From contig JBBRLQ010000005.1 in NCBI GenBank assembly GCA_038231275.1, forward strand, positions 256,001 to 320,000: a DNA stretch of 64,000 bases. Direction: 5' to 3'. Position numbers and translations under genes: made by a program. Origin of the DNA: Polyangiales bacterium. GTDB lineage: Bacteria > Myxococcota_A > Polyangia > Polyangiales > Polyangiaceae. The notes beneath the pieces are model-generated. The model worked only from the letters and a program-made list of their open reading frames with translations, did not search any database and was not told the DNA's origin. The first letter of the stretch is position 1, and every line of letters starts with the position of its first letter. Of this stretch, positions 1 through 9,229 are shown in pieces.

Positions 1-1179
1 GAAGGACGCGTCGCGGTGACCGGCACGCTCGGCGGCAAGGCGGTCACCGGCCTCGGCTACCTCGAGCGCAGCGGCTTCGAGCCGATCAAAGATCTCGACG
101 ACTACTTCGGCGCCGTCGGCGAAGAGGTGCGAAAGTCCGTCCGCGCGGTCCTGCCGCTCGAGCCGACCCACGACGAGGCCCGCGCCCTCATCGCGTCCAA
201 GGATCGCGAGCACTACATGGATGGCGTGAGCCTCCCCCAGATCTCGCGCGCCCTCCTCGCGCCGATTCGCGAGATCACCGATCGCGGCGGGAAGTCCTGG
301 CGATCGTACGCAGCGCTCGCGTGCTGCGACGTCGTCAACGGCGACTCGCGAAAATTCGTCCAGTGGCTGGCGATGCCGGAGCTGCTCCACGTCGGCTCGC
401 TCATCGTCGACGACGTGCAGGATCACTCGACGGTGCGGCGTGGCAAGCCGACGTGCCACGTCATCTACGGCGAGCCGATCGCCATCAACGCCGGCACCGC
501 CGCGTATTTTCTCGCGCAGAAGCTCCTCTTTTCGAACGAGATCTCGGACGCCAAGAAGCTGAAGCTCTACGATCTCTACTTCGAGAGCATGCGCGCCGGG
601 CACGCCGGTCAGGCCATGGACCTCGACGGACCCGGTGATCTCCTCCCCGACGTGGTCGCGAGCGGCGACGCGCGGGCGCTCGAATCCCGCATCCTCGCGA
701 CGCACCGCCTGAAGACCGCAGCGCCCGCCGGATCGCTTGCGCGCATGGGCGCGATCGCAGGCGGTGGGACCGACGAGCAGGTCGAGGCAGTCGGGCGCTT
801 CTTCGAGGCGCTGGGCCTCGCGTTCCAGATCGTGGACGACGTCTTGAACCTCCGTGGCTTCAAGGGGAACCTGAAGTCGGCGGGCGAGGACATCGCGAAT
901 GGCACGATCACGCTGCCGGTCGCGAAGGCGCTCGGACGCCTCGGCGAGGCCGATCGCGCCTGGGTGTGGAAGACGATGCAGGGCAAACCCAAGGAGCCGG
1001 CGGTCGTCGCGTCGGTGATCGCGAAGCTCGAGGCGTGCGGCGCGATCGAGGCCTGCGCCGACGAAGCGCGCGCGCTGGTGGAGGACGCGTGGGCCAAGGC
1101 GGCGCCGCTCCTCGACGACTCGATCTCGAAGGTCATGCTGCGCGCGTTCGGCTGGTACGTCCTCGAACGCCACTACTGA
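1..1179 (+). CDS. Polyprenyl diphosphate synthase (GGPPS-like), 5'-partial, fused to the C-terminal end of an AttH/CrtC lipocalin-like domain
   Basis: RGGKSWR, FARM VDDVQD..RRG, GQAMD, KT and SARM FQIVDDVLN motifs. The frame is open from base 1 (EGRVAVTGTLGGKAVTGLGYLERSG). Confidence 0.85.
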   Translation, partial: EGRVAVTGTLGGKAVTGLGYLERSGFEPIKDLDDYFGAVGEEVRKSVRAVLPLEPTHDEARALIASKDREHYMDGVSLPQISRALLAPIREITDRGGKSWRSYAALACCDVVNGDSRKFVQWLAMPELLHVGSLIVDDVQDHSTVRRGKPTCHVIYGEPIAINAGTAAYFLAQKLLFSNEISDAKKLKLYDLYFESMRAGHAGQAMDLDGPGDLLPDVVASGDARALESRILATHRLKTAAPAGSLARMGAIAGGGTDEQVEAVGRFFEALGLAFQIVDDVLNLRGFKGNLKSAGEDIANGTITLPVAKALGRLGEADRAWVWKTMQGKPKEPAVVASVIAKLEACGAIEACADEARALVEDAWAKAAPLLDDSISKVMLRAFGWYVLERHY

Positions 1180-1212
1180 CCGCGACCACGACGTCACGGT
1201 CGCCAAAACGGC

Positions 1213-2283
1213 TCATTTTTCCCCGGCGGGAGCGCTCAGGGGCGGGAGCATGCCCGGGATGTCGGCGTCGGGATCGTCGGCGTGGGACGACCAGCCGCCG
1301 ATCACGCTCGCGCCGACGAGGCCCACGAATGCGACGGGGAACCAGCGTCGCATGCGCTGGTCGAGGCGGAGGGCGGCCTCGGCGCGGCCGTGCGTCACCG
1401 CGTGAGACTCCCACAAGACCATGCCGAGCGCCGCCGCCGTCGCGAGGTAGCAGACGATGTACACACGGTCGGCGAGCGTGAGGTACGCGACGCGCGGAAG
1501 CGTGTCGGCTTGCGTCAGCTGGAACGCGATGATGGCGAGCATGCACGTGATGCCCACCGACGCGGCGCTGCCCAGATCGTCGGGCTTGATCCAGAAGAGG
1601 CCGTACGCGAGCGCGACGATGAGGAACAGCGGGAGGAAGTAGCGCGTGAGATAGAACTGCCAGAGGCGCGCGACGGGGAAGGTGACGACGAGGAGGCGCG
1701 GCCCCTTCTTGCCGGGAAACGCGCTGAACGTGGAGCGTTTGATCTCGGCGGAAGGGTAGTCGAGGACGCGCCACCCGCCGAGCTCGCGGTAGGCGTCGAT
1801 CGCGACGACGTTCGGCCAGAGCGTGGGCTGCCACGTCGCTTGTTCGTCGGAGAGCGCGCGCTCTTCGAGGAGGAGCCTCAAGCCCTGGGTGTCGAACGGG
1901 AAGCGCCGGAGGCGGAACCAGTTGGAGTAGGTGGCGCTGAAGCGGCGCTCGCGGTAGCAGTCGTCGCCCACGCGGACCGTCTCGTCCACCGCGGCGGACG
2001 TGTCCCCGGAGGCGTTGCGGACGTTGAGCTCCGGCCGCAGCCCGCCGGCCGGCCATCGCGTCACGAGCGACACCTCGCCGCTCCACGACGCGCTGCGCTC
2101 GCTCACTTCGCGGATGTGCGTGATGCGCAGGCCCGCGCGTATGAGCTCGGGGAGCTTCACGGTGACCTTCGCCGGGTCGGTGTTGCAACACTCCTCGGGG
2201 CCGGCGCAATCGCCGGCGCGCGCCTCGCGGCCTGCCACCAACAGCGAGAGGAGCGCGACGAGGACGGCGAGGACGGCCTTCAT
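1213..2283 (-). CDS. Pentameric ligand-gated ion channel (GLIC/ELIC-like) subunit
   Basis: Signal peptide MKAVLAVLVALL, Pro-loop RRFPFDTQ, pre-M1 Arg, four TM helices (YFLPLFLIVALAYGLFWI; SVGITCMLAIIAFQ; LPRVAYLTLADR...). Start moved to the ATG at 2283. Confidence 0.85.
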   Translation of the reverse strand: MKAVLAVLVALLSLLVAGREARAGDCAGPEECCNTDPAKVTVKLPELIRAGLRITHIREVSERSASWSGEVSLVTRWPAGGLRPELNVRNASGDTSAAVDETVRVGDDCYRERRFSATYSNWFRLRRFPFDTQGLRLLLEERALSDEQATWQPTLWPNVVAIDAYRELGGWRVLDYPSAEIKRSTFSAFPGKKGPRLLVVTFPVARLWQFYLTRYFLPLFLIVALAYGLFWIKPDDLGSAASVGITCMLAIIAFQLTQADTLPRVAYLTLADRVYIVCYLATAAALGMVLWESHAVTHGRAEAALRLDQRMRRWFPVAFVGLVGASVIGGWSSHADDPDADIPGMLPPLSAPAGEK

Positions 2284-2312
2284 GGAGCCGAGCGTACGCG
2301 CCTTTTCGCCGG

Positions 2313-3521
2313 TCAGAGAGCCCTGGTCGCGCCGCTCGGGAGCACTTCTTCGAACGCCTCGCCCAAGGCGCCCGGCTTGGTCACGTGGAGCCACGCGCCG
2401 CCCGTGGCGTCCGCGCCGACGCTGAGGCCGGTGTCGACGAGGAAGAGGAGGCCGCCGTATTTCTGGAACATCTGATCGGACGCGCGGGTCGTCGCGTCCG
2501 CGAAGCCGACGTTCCCCGGCTGGTGCCCCATGACGAGGTGCTTCACACCGAGCGACTGCGTCCACGTCGTGAGCAGCGTGGTCGCGTTGCCCGTCGCGTC
2601 CCACCACTGCGGCCCGGATCCCGAGAGGCGCGCCTCGAGCATCGAGTCGACCGCGGAGAGCACCGGCGCACCGAAGCCGGCGCCGTCGATGCCGATTCGC
2701 AGATCGGACGACATCTGCGCGACCGTCTTGCCGCCGGTCTTGCCACCATGGACGAAGAACCAACCGGCCACCTTCGCGGCCATCGGCAAGCCTCGAATGA
2801 ACGCGCCGACGTCGTTGAGGCCGGCAGCGGTCGCCTGCGGAGTGAAGCCGAGGCTCGCGAGCTGCGGATCGATCCCATCCGTGCCGGAGGCCTTGCTGTT
2901 GAGCGGATCAGCGAGGAACTCTGCCTCGTGGTTCCCCATCGTGACGACCACGCCGCCGCCCGCCGACGCCGCCGCCGACGCGAGCGCGTTCGAGAGGCGT
3001 ACGACATCCACCGCGTCGGGCCCCTTGTCGATGAGATCGCCGACGATGACGACGTACGCCGTGCCTCCCGTCCACGTCACCGTAGTGGGCGCCGCGGGGA
3101 CGGCTGCGATGAGCTTCGCGGCGACGAGGAGCTTGGTGAACGCGGCGTAGTCGCCGTGCACGTCGGAGAGCACCCAGAGCTCGCTCGCGGAGGCGACCTC
3201 CACGACGGGCGGGAATTTGCTCCAGTCGCGCGCGCAGCCGCTGCACGGCGCGGCGTCGGACGTCGCGTCGCCCGTGCCGCCTTCGAACCCTCCGCTGCTC
3301 GCGCCGCTGCTGCTGGCCCCGCTGCTGCTGGCCCCGCTGCTTCCGCTGCCGCTCGCGCCGCTGCTGCCGCTGCTGCCGCTGGCTCCGCTGCTCGCGCCGC
3401 TGCTGGTGGCGCCGCTGCTGCTGCTCGTCCCAGCGGCGTCGCTGCCTCCACCGCCACACGCGCCGATGAGCGCGATGGCCATGAGGAGGGAGAGAACTCG
3501 CGGAGCGTGGAACGAGCGCAT
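2313..3521 (-). CDS. Metallophosphoesterase lipoprotein, Shewanella-like (SLP) phosphatase type
   Basis: Lipobox LIGAC, Ser/Gly linker, motifs SDVHGD, GDLIDKG, GNHE, HGG, GH, VDTG. Confidence 0.8.
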   Translation of the reverse strand: MRSFHAPRVLSLLMAIALIGACGGGGSDAAGTSSSSGATSSGASSGASGSSGSSGASGSGSSGASSSGASSSGASSGGFEGGTGDATSDAAPCSGCARDWSKFPPVVEVASASELWVLSDVHGDYAAFTKLLVAAKLIAAVPAAPTTVTWTGGTAYVVIVGDLIDKGPDAVDVVRLSNALASAAASAGGGVVVTMGNHEAEFLADPLNSKASGTDGIDPQLASLGFTPQATAAGLNDVGAFIRGLPMAAKVAGWFFVHGGKTGGKTVAQMSSDLRIGIDGAGFGAPVLSAVDSMLEARLSGSGPQWWDATGNATTLLTTWTQSLGVKHLVMGHQPGNVGFADATTRASDQMFQKYGGLLFLVDTGLSVGADATGGAWLHVTKPGALGEAFEEVLPSGATRAL

Positions 3522-3592
3522 TGGCCGCGGAACATGACCCACCCAACGTGGTCGCGCAAGCCCGCGCGCCGTCGGGCGGTCTCAGCGTCGTC

Positions 3593-3955
3593 TCATGCGG
3601 TCGTTGCCCGGCGGCTCACTCGGCGCGCTTGGCACTTCGCGTCGGCGCCGTCGAGCCCGCCGAGGGTCGCGGGGTAGAGCGCGCTCGAGAAGAAGACGAT
3701 GCGCGCGGGTCCCGCGTCGAAGCGCGGCGTCGCATCTCGCGTGTGGGGCGTCGCGTCGGCGATCGCGTCGTCCGGCACGGCGGCGTCCACGCCAGCGTCG
3801 AGCGAGGGGGCTGTGTCCGTCGTCGCGTCCACGGTGGCCGCGTCGACGCCGCCGTCCTTCGGTGTCGCCTCGTCGGTCGAGCCGCAGCCCCACGCCATCG
3901 ACGCCGCGGACAGCGACGCCGCCGCGCACGCCTGGGCCACGCGCGACGTCTTCAC
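3593..3955 (-). pseudogene. Probably truncated lipoprotein with the start of a DUF1554/endostatin-like domain
   Basis: GTG overlaps the upstream stop. AWGC lipobox, DA-rich linker, then IVFFSSALYPATLGGLDGADAKCQAR, with a stop 9 codons later. Confidence 0.5.
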
Positions 3956-6429
3956 TTCATCATCTTCGAGAATTTTTCGGTCAAGACGGGATCGGCGGCC
4001 ATCTTCGCGCCCCACGCCTGCGCGACCTGCCCGTACGACATCATGTCGAGGCCGTACTGCGCGAGCGCGCCCATCATGTTGCCGGTCTGCATGCCCTTGA
4101 GGATGCGCACGTAGTCGCTCAGCTTTGCCACGCGCTGATTCGGGAAGACGACCGGATCGGGATCGCCGGAGTCGCCGCCCCCTTGCGCGACCACCCGCTG
4201 CGCCTCCTGCGCCTGCGCCATCCGCAGGTGCATGTCCATGTTCCCGTCGCGGATCTCGTCGAGCGCGTCCTTCTCGGCGCCGGTGATCCCCATCGCCCCG
4301 AGCTCGATGCTCCTCTTCGCCTCGATGAACTCGTCCATCAGGTCGGAGCTCGCGTTGAGCGCCTGCTGCCACTCGTCGACGAACGGCTTGCCGGGGTTCG
4401 GCACGTTGAACTTGCGACAGAGCTCCACCATCTGCGGCGAAGGGGTGAACGCCGCCGCCATCGCCGCGCCGACCCCGCCATACGCGAGGCCGCCCTGGAG
4501 CTTGTCGCGCTCCACCGAGAACTGCGCGTACTCCTCGATCGTGAGGCCGCCGTAGCGCCGCAGCGTGCGCACCACGTTCTTCTGCGACAACGTCTCCTCG
4601 TAGCGATCGCTCCACGCCTGCAAATCGGCGCGCACGTGCTCGGGGTGGTTGCCCAGCGCGAGCCATGCGTCGACCAGCGCCCCTTCCCACGGCGTGAAGC
4701 CTTCGGCCGGAATCAAGCTGCGCAGCCAGCCGAACGCCCCCTCGACCTCGACGCGAACGTTCGGCGCGTCCTGCGCGCGCCACGCCAGGGCGGTGATCCC
4801 GGCGATCGTGAGCCAGTCCGACGGGCCCGACACGAGCGAGTAGAGCGCGGCGCGCCCCGGCCCGGTCTCCCACGGCCCGAGGTGCGAGAGGATGACCGCG
4901 GTGGCGAGCTGGCACCGGTACGTCCAGATCACCCCGCCGAAATCCTGGGGAGGCGGCGGCGGGTTGGTGAGCACCGACAAGAACGCGCGCGCCGATTGCG
5001 GCCCGGCGGCTTGCGCGATCGCGCGCGCTGCGGGATCCCACACGTCCTTGCGGAACAGCTGGTACGCGATCCCGCCGACGGCGTTCTGCGCGTTGGGCTC
5101 GCCTTGCGTGAAGATGGGGCGAATCTCGCCGTTTTGGAACGTGAACGCAGGGAAGTCGACGCGCCCCTTGTCTGCGCGCGGGTCCGGCGTCTGCACCTGC
5201 TGAATCTCGACGCCCATTCGCGCGTTGCCGGCACCGACCGCGCGCATGCCGACGTCGAACGCGATGAGGGCGCTCGGCGACTCCGGGTACTTCGACTGGA
5301 TCGTGACGCCGATGCTCGCCCCCTGTCCGCAGCAGTGGAGGACCTCGGCGAGCTCGGAGATCATCATGCGGGCGTACCGCGCCGACGCGTCGGCCGGCCC
5401 CGGGAGCGCCGTAAAGTACCAGACCGGCGGATCGATCTCGTTGGCCATCCGCGCCACCGCGTCGTCCCAGTAGCGCCGCTCGCGCAGCATGAGGAGCGCG
5501 TGCCGGTCCTGCTCGCTCCCGTACGCGCGAAAACGTGTATAATGCACGCAGGCGTCGATCGTCGGATAATTGGGGGAGCGCTGCGCGACGTCCTGGAAGA
5601 CGTTGGCGGCGACGTCCAGGCGCCCGGCGTCCGCGAAGCCCCACGCCGCGTCGTGCAGCGGCGAGAAGTCCTGTGGATCGATCTGCATCGCGATCTGCGC
5701 CTGTTGCATGGCCTCGTCGGGGCGCTTCGCGTCGCGCAGCGCGTTGAGGAGCGCGGTGCGCAGACTCCAGTCTTGAGGAAAGCGGCGCACCCCCTCCTCG
5801 GCGATCGCGAGCGTCGCCGCCGTGTCGCCCAAGCGCCGGCGCACGATCGCCGCGCCGCCGAACAAGATCTTTTCGTTCGGGAAGGCGGGGATGAGCACAT
5901 CGAAGATCGGCGCGGCCGAGCGTAGGTTCGGCAAGCGCGGATCGTCGGCGGCCGGCGGCACCGGCACGTCGATCGCCATGTTGAGGATCGGCTTCACGAT
6001 CGACTCGAGGATCCGCTCCCACGTCAGCTGCGGGACGAACTGCGGCGTCAGCCAGCGGCGGATCCAGTCGACGTACTCGAGCTCGGGCGCCACGTCGATC
6101 ACGAGCCCGATGAGCTCGACGGCGTCGGCCATACGCCGCTGCAAGTAGAGCGCCCGCGCTCGCGCTGCCGCGGTGGCCACGTGGATGGCGCCGGTCGCGA
6201 CTGGAAAGAGCCCCAGCGGATCCTGCGCGCCGAGGACCAGCCGATCGATCACGTCGAGCAGCTCACGTTCGTTCGGAAAGAGCATCAGCGCGTCGGCGAT
6301 GCAGAGCGACGCGACCAGCGGCTCGTTGCGCTGCATTGCGGCGAGGGCGTCGTCCTTGAGCTGGCTCGCGACGCGACGCCGTTCGGACACGAGGGGGAGA
6401 GCTTTGGGGTCGAGCGGCGTGTGCGGCAT
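3952..6429 (-). CDS. TPR-containing hypothetical protein with C-terminal DUF6620-like helical repeats
   Basis: Long ORF with genome-typical codon use. TPR-like segments (EEGVRRFPQD, AMQIDPQD, VAQRSPNY). C-terminal GLTIEEYAQ and LSDYV..YGLD..WGAKMAADP repeats. Confidence 0.7.
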   Translation of the reverse strand: MPHTPLDPKALPLVSERRRVASQLKDDALAAMQRNEPLVASLCIADALMLFPNERELLDVIDRLVLGAQDPLGLFPVATGAIHVATAAARARALYLQRRMADAVELIGLVIDVAPELEYVDWIRRWLTPQFVPQLTWERILESIVKPILNMAIDVPVPPAADDPRLPNLRSAAPIFDVLIPAFPNEKILFGGAAIVRRRLGDTAATLAIAEEGVRRFPQDWSLRTALLNALRDAKRPDEAMQQAQIAMQIDPQDFSPLHDAAWGFADAGRLDVAANVFQDVAQRSPNYPTIDACVHYTRFRAYGSEQDRHALLMLRERRYWDDAVARMANEIDPPVWYFTALPGPADASARYARMMISELAEVLHCCGQGASIGVTIQSKYPESPSALIAFDVGMRAVGAGNARMGVEIQQVQTPDPRADKGRVDFPAFTFQNGEIRPIFTQGEPNAQNAVGGIAYQLFRKDVWDPAARAIAQAAGPQSARAFLSVLTNPPPPPQDFGGVIWTYRCQLATAVILSHLGPWETGPGRAALYSLVSGPSDWLTIAGITALAWRAQDAPNVRVEVEGAFGWLRSLIPAEGFTPWEGALVDAWLALGNHPEHVRADLQAWSDRYEETLSQKNVVRTLRRYGGLTIEEYAQFSVERDKLQGGLAYGGVGAAMAAAFTPSPQMVELCRKFNVPNPGKPFVDEWQQALNASSDLMDEFIEAKRSIELGAMGITGAEKDALDEIRDGNMDMHLRMAQAQEAQRVVAQGGGDSGDPDPVVFPNQRVAKLSDYVRILKGMQTGNMMGALAQYGLDMMSYGQVAQAWGAKMAADPVLTEKFSKMMK

Positions 6430-6630
6430 GGAACCGTCATCATTCCTGAGGATCGCGGGGTGGGGAAGAGAAGATCCGCTGCCGAGAGGCCACAGTCTGG
6501 GCCGCACTCGGCCAGAACGCCGGTGTTGTCAGCGTGTGGGTTCTACCGTGACCAGCGCGCGCATTCGGCCGTAAATCACGCCAGATCGGCGGTGGGGTGG
6601 TCACTCGCCCGTCGCGATCCCCGTTCGCGC

Positions 6631-6646
6631 CGGCATCGCGGGTGCA
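6631..6646 (+). promoter_or_regulatory. Putative sigma-54 (-24/-12) promoter
   Basis: CGGCATCGCGGGTGCA gives GG-N10-GC about 30 nt upstream of ATG 6675, with a GGAG RBS. Confidence 0.5.
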
Positions 6647-6674
6647 CTGCAGGAGGTCGAGGAGACACACCACC

Positions 6675-8062
6675 ATGCGCTCTAGCCTTCACATCTTCTG
6701 GATTGCCGCCGTCGCAGCGGGCGCGTTCGCGTGCTCGAAGAACACGGACGACAAGAGCGATCAGTGGTCGTGCTCGATGCTCCCGGTCCCCGGCGGTGGA
6801 GAGCGCGTCACGTGCGTCTCGACGAGCCAGGCCAGCACGGCACCGGCGATGGCTCGGGCGGTACGACGAGTGGCGGCACGACGAGCGGCGGCACGACGAG
6901 CGGCGGCACGACGAGCGGCGGCACGAGCGACGGTCCCCCCGGCGGCATCTGCGATTACTGTCCCGAGTGCACCGGCTGCGGCGGGAGCACCGGCGACGGC
7001 GGTGGCAGTTCGAGTGGCGGCACCAGCGGCGGTACGACGAGCGGTGGCACCAGCGGCGGCACGACGAGCGGCGGTACGAGCTCCAGTGGCAACGCGTCCT
7101 CGGGCGGCGCCTCGAGCGGCAATGCATCGTCGAGCGGCGGCGCGAGTGGCAACGCATCGTCGAGCAGCGGCGCGAGCGGCAACGCGTCGTCGAGCGGAAG
7201 CACAGGCAGCAGCGGGAGCACCGGCGACGGCGGCGGTTACACGGGTCACGGACCTCCCCCCGGCGGCAGCAGCGGAAACGGCGGCGGCGCCAGCAGCGGC
7301 CACGGCGGCGGCGCGAGCAGCGGCGGAGCGAGCGGCAACGGCGGCGGCTCTTCTGGCAACAGCAGCTCCGGCGGCACCGACCACAGCGGCGGCGGCTGGC
7401 AGTGCGAGACCGACGAGAGCGGCAAGGTCACGTGCACCAAACCCCCGGTTTGCCTCCCCGGCACCCACCCGTCGGCGTGCGGCGCGTGCGTCCCCGACGC
7501 GAGCACCGAGAGCGACTGCAAGCCCCCGGCGGAGGGCGGCTGCTGGATCACCGGCGGCGGCTTCGTCGTCGACGCCGACGGCAAGGACAGCTTCGGCGGC
7601 AACGGGATGCCGATGAAGAGCGGCGCGATCCGCGGCGAGTGGGAGCACCAGGACCACGGCACGAAGTCGAAGGCGCACGGCAAGGTGAGCTACCTCGTCT
7701 GCCGCGTCGCGCCGGGCCCCGGTCCCGGCAATCCCGGCGGCAAGAATAAGGGGTTTGCGATCAACCAGGTCTACTTCGGCGGCGACGCGCGCTTCTTCAC
7801 GAACGGCGCGTGGGCCGACGGCTACTGGTTCGACGTCGTCGCCGAGGACCACGGCGAGCCCGGCAACCTCTCGGCGCACAAGGGCGTCGCCGACCACTAC
7901 CACTTCACGCTCCGCAAGGTCGCAGGCGCGAACCAGTCGGGCACCGTCGTCTACGAGACGAAGGGCGATCTCGTCGGCGGCAACATCCAAATCCATCCGG
8001 CCAACGCCGGTCACCCCTACACGCCTTCGGCGCTCCCGGCCTGGGTCTCGGTGGAACCGTGA
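6675..8062 (+). pseudogene. Frameshifted lipoprotein with Gly/Ser/Thr linker and C-terminal beta-rich domain (post-COAP-1-like)
   Basis: Signal and lipobox MRSSLHIFWIAAVAAGAFAC are in one frame. The linker and the CWITGGG..SFGGN..GEWEHQDH domain are in the -1 frame. The junction is near 6837-6841. Confidence 0.65.
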
Positions 8063-8079
8063 GCACGAAGGAGATCGCC

Positions 8080-9213
8080 ATGAAAAACCATCTTCGCATT
8101 GCCGCTTCGCTCTCTCTCGGCCTGCCGCTCCTCGCCGCCGCGTGCGGCGGGAGCAGCACCTCGACGTTCCCCGAGGGGACCGATCCGAACGCAAATCCGC
8201 CGACCGGTAGCGGCGGCGGCAACACGCCCGGCTTCTCGACCGATCCTGTCGGAACCGGCGCCGCGTGCGTCACATCGACCGCCAACGCGCAGCTCGCGGC
8301 GGTCGATCTCGTCTTCATGTACGACAAGTCCGGGAGCATGGGCGATCCCGCCGAGGGCGGCGACCCGACCGTGAAGTGGAACCCGCTCAGCGTCGGCATG
8401 ACGTCGTTCTGGGCCGATCCGCAGTCCAAGGGGATCAACGCGTCGCTCCAGTTCTTCCCCGCCGACGGGGACCTCACCGCGACGTGCGCGGCGCCGTACG
8501 CCACGCCGAAGGTCGCGCTCACACCGGACTCGGCGCAGATCTTGGGTGCCATCACGTCGACCAAACCCCAGGGCGGTACGCCGACGCTCCCCGCGCTCGG
8601 TGGTGCGATCGCCTACGCGCAGCAAGCCGCGACGCAGCGGGTTGGCGAAAAGGCGGCCGTCGTCCTCGTCACCGACGGCCTGCCCGGCTTCTACGTCAGC
8701 GGGTCGATCGTCCCTGGCTGCGCGGAGAACGACGTCACCCACGTCGCGGCGGCGGCGAAGGCGGCGTTCACGGGGACGCCTTCCATTCCCACGTACGTCA
8801 TCGGCGTCGGTCCGGCGCTCTCGAACCTCGACGCCATCGCCGCCGCCGGCGGGACGAGCAAGGCGTACATGATCTCGGTCGGTAACCCCGCGGCGACGCA
8901 GGCGGCGTTCCTCGCGGCGCTCACACAGGTCCGCTCGCAGACGGTGACGTGCGACTTCGCGATCCCGCCCGCGCCGGCCGGTCAGGTCATCGACAAGGAT
9001 CGCGTCAACGTCGCGTACACCGCGAACGGCAAGGAGACCGTCCTCTCGTACAGCGCCGACTGCGCGGCGGGCGCCGGCTGGCGTTACGACGATCCGAACG
9101 CGCCGACGCGCATCACGCTCTGCCCGTCGTCGTGCGCGGCAGCGCAGGCCGATCGCACCAGCGGCAAGCTGACGATCGCGTTCGGCTGCCAGACGAAGCA
9201 GACGACGAGGTAG
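8080..9213 (+). CDS. vWA-domain lipoprotein (myxobacterial type)
   Basis: AAGGAG RBS, lipobox AAAC, MIDAS DKSGSM, GTPT, VLVTDG, Cys-containing C-terminal domain. Confidence 0.85.
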   Translation: MKNHLRIAASLSLGLPLLAAACGGSSTSTFPEGTDPNANPPTGSGGGNTPGFSTDPVGTGAACVTSTANAQLAAVDLVFMYDKSGSMGDPAEGGDPTVKWNPLSVGMTSFWADPQSKGINASLQFFPADGDLTATCAAPYATPKVALTPDSAQILGAITSTKPQGGTPTLPALGGAIAYAQQAATQRVGEKAAVVLVTDGLPGFYVSGSIVPGCAENDVTHVAAAAKAAFTGTPSIPTYVIGVGPALSNLDAIAAAGGTSKAYMISVGNPAATQAAFLAALTQVRSQTVTCDFAIPPAPAGQVIDKDRVNVAYTANGKETVLSYSADCAAGAGWRYDDPNAPTRITLCPSSCAAAQADRTSGKLTIAFGCQTKQTTR

Positions 9214-9229
9214 ACGCCTCGGGCTCTCT

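Noticed and set aside
6850..7380. Tandem repeats that might suggest a CRISPR array
   Set aside because: They are 15- and 30-bp coding repeats for a Gly/Ser/Thr linker with no unique spacers, and no cas genes are present.
6597..7616. 339-aa Ala/Arg-rich ORF as a real protein
   Set aside because: Only its first part (from 6675 to about 6840) looks genuine. The rest is the out-of-frame reading of the Gly/Ser linker.
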